DNA of 64,000 nucleotides from Raillietiella orientalis (lineage: Eukaryota): positions 3,410,001-3,474,000 of the forward strand of contig JAYWIR010000008.1 in the NCBI GenBank assembly GCA_036172245.1, in the 5' to 3' direction. This document shows, one piece after another, positions 62,761-64,000 of the stretch. A program made the position numbers and the translations under genes. The notes beneath the pieces are model-generated. The model worked only from the letters and a program-made list of their open reading frames with translations. It was not told where the DNA came from and made no database searches. The stretch's first letter is position 1. Every line of letters starts with the position of its first letter.

Positions 62761-64000
62761 GATCAGCTTTCATCGTCCCATCACATCTTGAGGTTTCATT
62801 TCCCTCGGTATCACTAGTTTCGCCATTCTTTTCTTTCCTGTTCATTTTAAATTCTTCGGATGGAGTTGTTCCTCTAGTTCCTCGTACCTCTCTAGTCGAT
62901 TGCTTGATAACTTTTTGGAAGCTTTCAAGATTCCTCTGGCCAAGACACCTTCAAGATGCAGAAATTCAAAAAAGAATCACTCTACCGAAATCATACTTCA
63001 TGACGTTATACACGAAAACGCGCTTGGAGATACACAACTGGCATAACACCAGCTGTTATCTAATAGCAACTGAGAAAGCTTTGTGAGCATTTTCTGTGCT
63101 CTTGATTTCCTAGCTTTAAGGTATTTGTTAATTGGGTATTAATTTAGTAATCATCGTCATAGCACGTCACTAGAAATAGAGGCTGCTAAATGTCAGCATA
63201 CACATGGTTTATTTTTTTAGTACAATTTCTTTACAGTTTTGTAGACTTCAGATTTTAAATAAAAGCGAAAGCGTTTCTCCTTCATTTTAGAGTATCATTA
63301 ACAGATTTTTGCATTTCTCTAAGACAGACAATTGATCGCAGACTGCAATTCACATTTCTCAGCAACTATCGTATTTTATGAGATATGATTAGTTTCATCT
63401 TGGATGAAGCCGGTGATTTGACGTAGGGTTGCATAAAAATAATGGGCCCTCTTTCTCTGATAATGGCATATAGTGCTAGGAATTTTTTTGAAGCTTTCGT
63501 ACAACTTCATGAGGAATCAAGTGGTTGCTGATTTGCAAGTGAGTATAACTGTTAACTTGGGAAATCCAAGCAGCTGCCGCTTGCAGTAGGTAAATCTTGT
63601 AGATTGCTGAGTTAACTTTTGCACAAGTGTTCATCAGAAAAGAAGTTCGAAAATGTAAGGAGTTTCGATGAGGTCAGTTGTCACAAAACGCATGTATCGT
63701 AGGACTCCATTTGGGGACATCCAATTGAAATTCGAATGCTCAAAATTCATCGTTTCGAAATAGAGACTGCTTAGAGACTGCATTTGAATCGCTCACCGTA
63801 AAAATTTGTAGTGCATCAGTATAATAAATAAATATTTAAAAACTGGCTACAACATAATTATTTCTAAAACAACAGTAAAAAGAATTTGCATCTTGAGTTT
63901 TTGTTTGCCGAACATTACCTTAGATATAAAGTACAACTTGCTATTGTGTTTTTCCAGTCGGGGAATTCTTAGGGAGTGCAACAGTTCGGTATAACCTTAC

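Noticed and set aside
1..64000. CRISPR arrays, rRNA, prokaryotic operons, hammerhead ribozymes
   Set aside because: No spaced direct repeats or rRNA signatures were seen, and CTGATGA hits lack the paired GAAA core. The sequence is eukaryotic.

Overview
Compact invertebrate (probably arthropod) nuclear DNA, not prokaryotic. Seven protein-coding genes can be assembled by hand with splice sites: TEX261 (-), an intronless UBOX5/RNF37 (-), SEC24C/D (+), kindlin/fermitin (+), radial spoke head RSPH4/6 (-), SAC1 (+) and WSB1-like (-). The housekeeping genes are AT-rich and CpG-poor with many 37-60 nt introns. RSPH4/6 lies in a sharply bounded ~14-15 kb GC-rich, CpG-rich domain with kb-sized introns. 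Most intergenic and large-intron DNA appears to be heavily decayed Ty3/gypsy pol fossils, plus two diverged copies of a SINE-like repeat with two tandem tRNA-like units. Main oddities: (1) UBOX5 ends 70 bp before TEX261, with its AATAAA 12-13 nt upstream of a TTTTCAG acceptor (nested-in-intron or operon-like); (2) a 53-nt U12-type intron and two GC-AG introns in SAC1; (3) the GC domain, in which retroelement fossils take on the local composition. All homology calls come from recalled motifs, not database searches.
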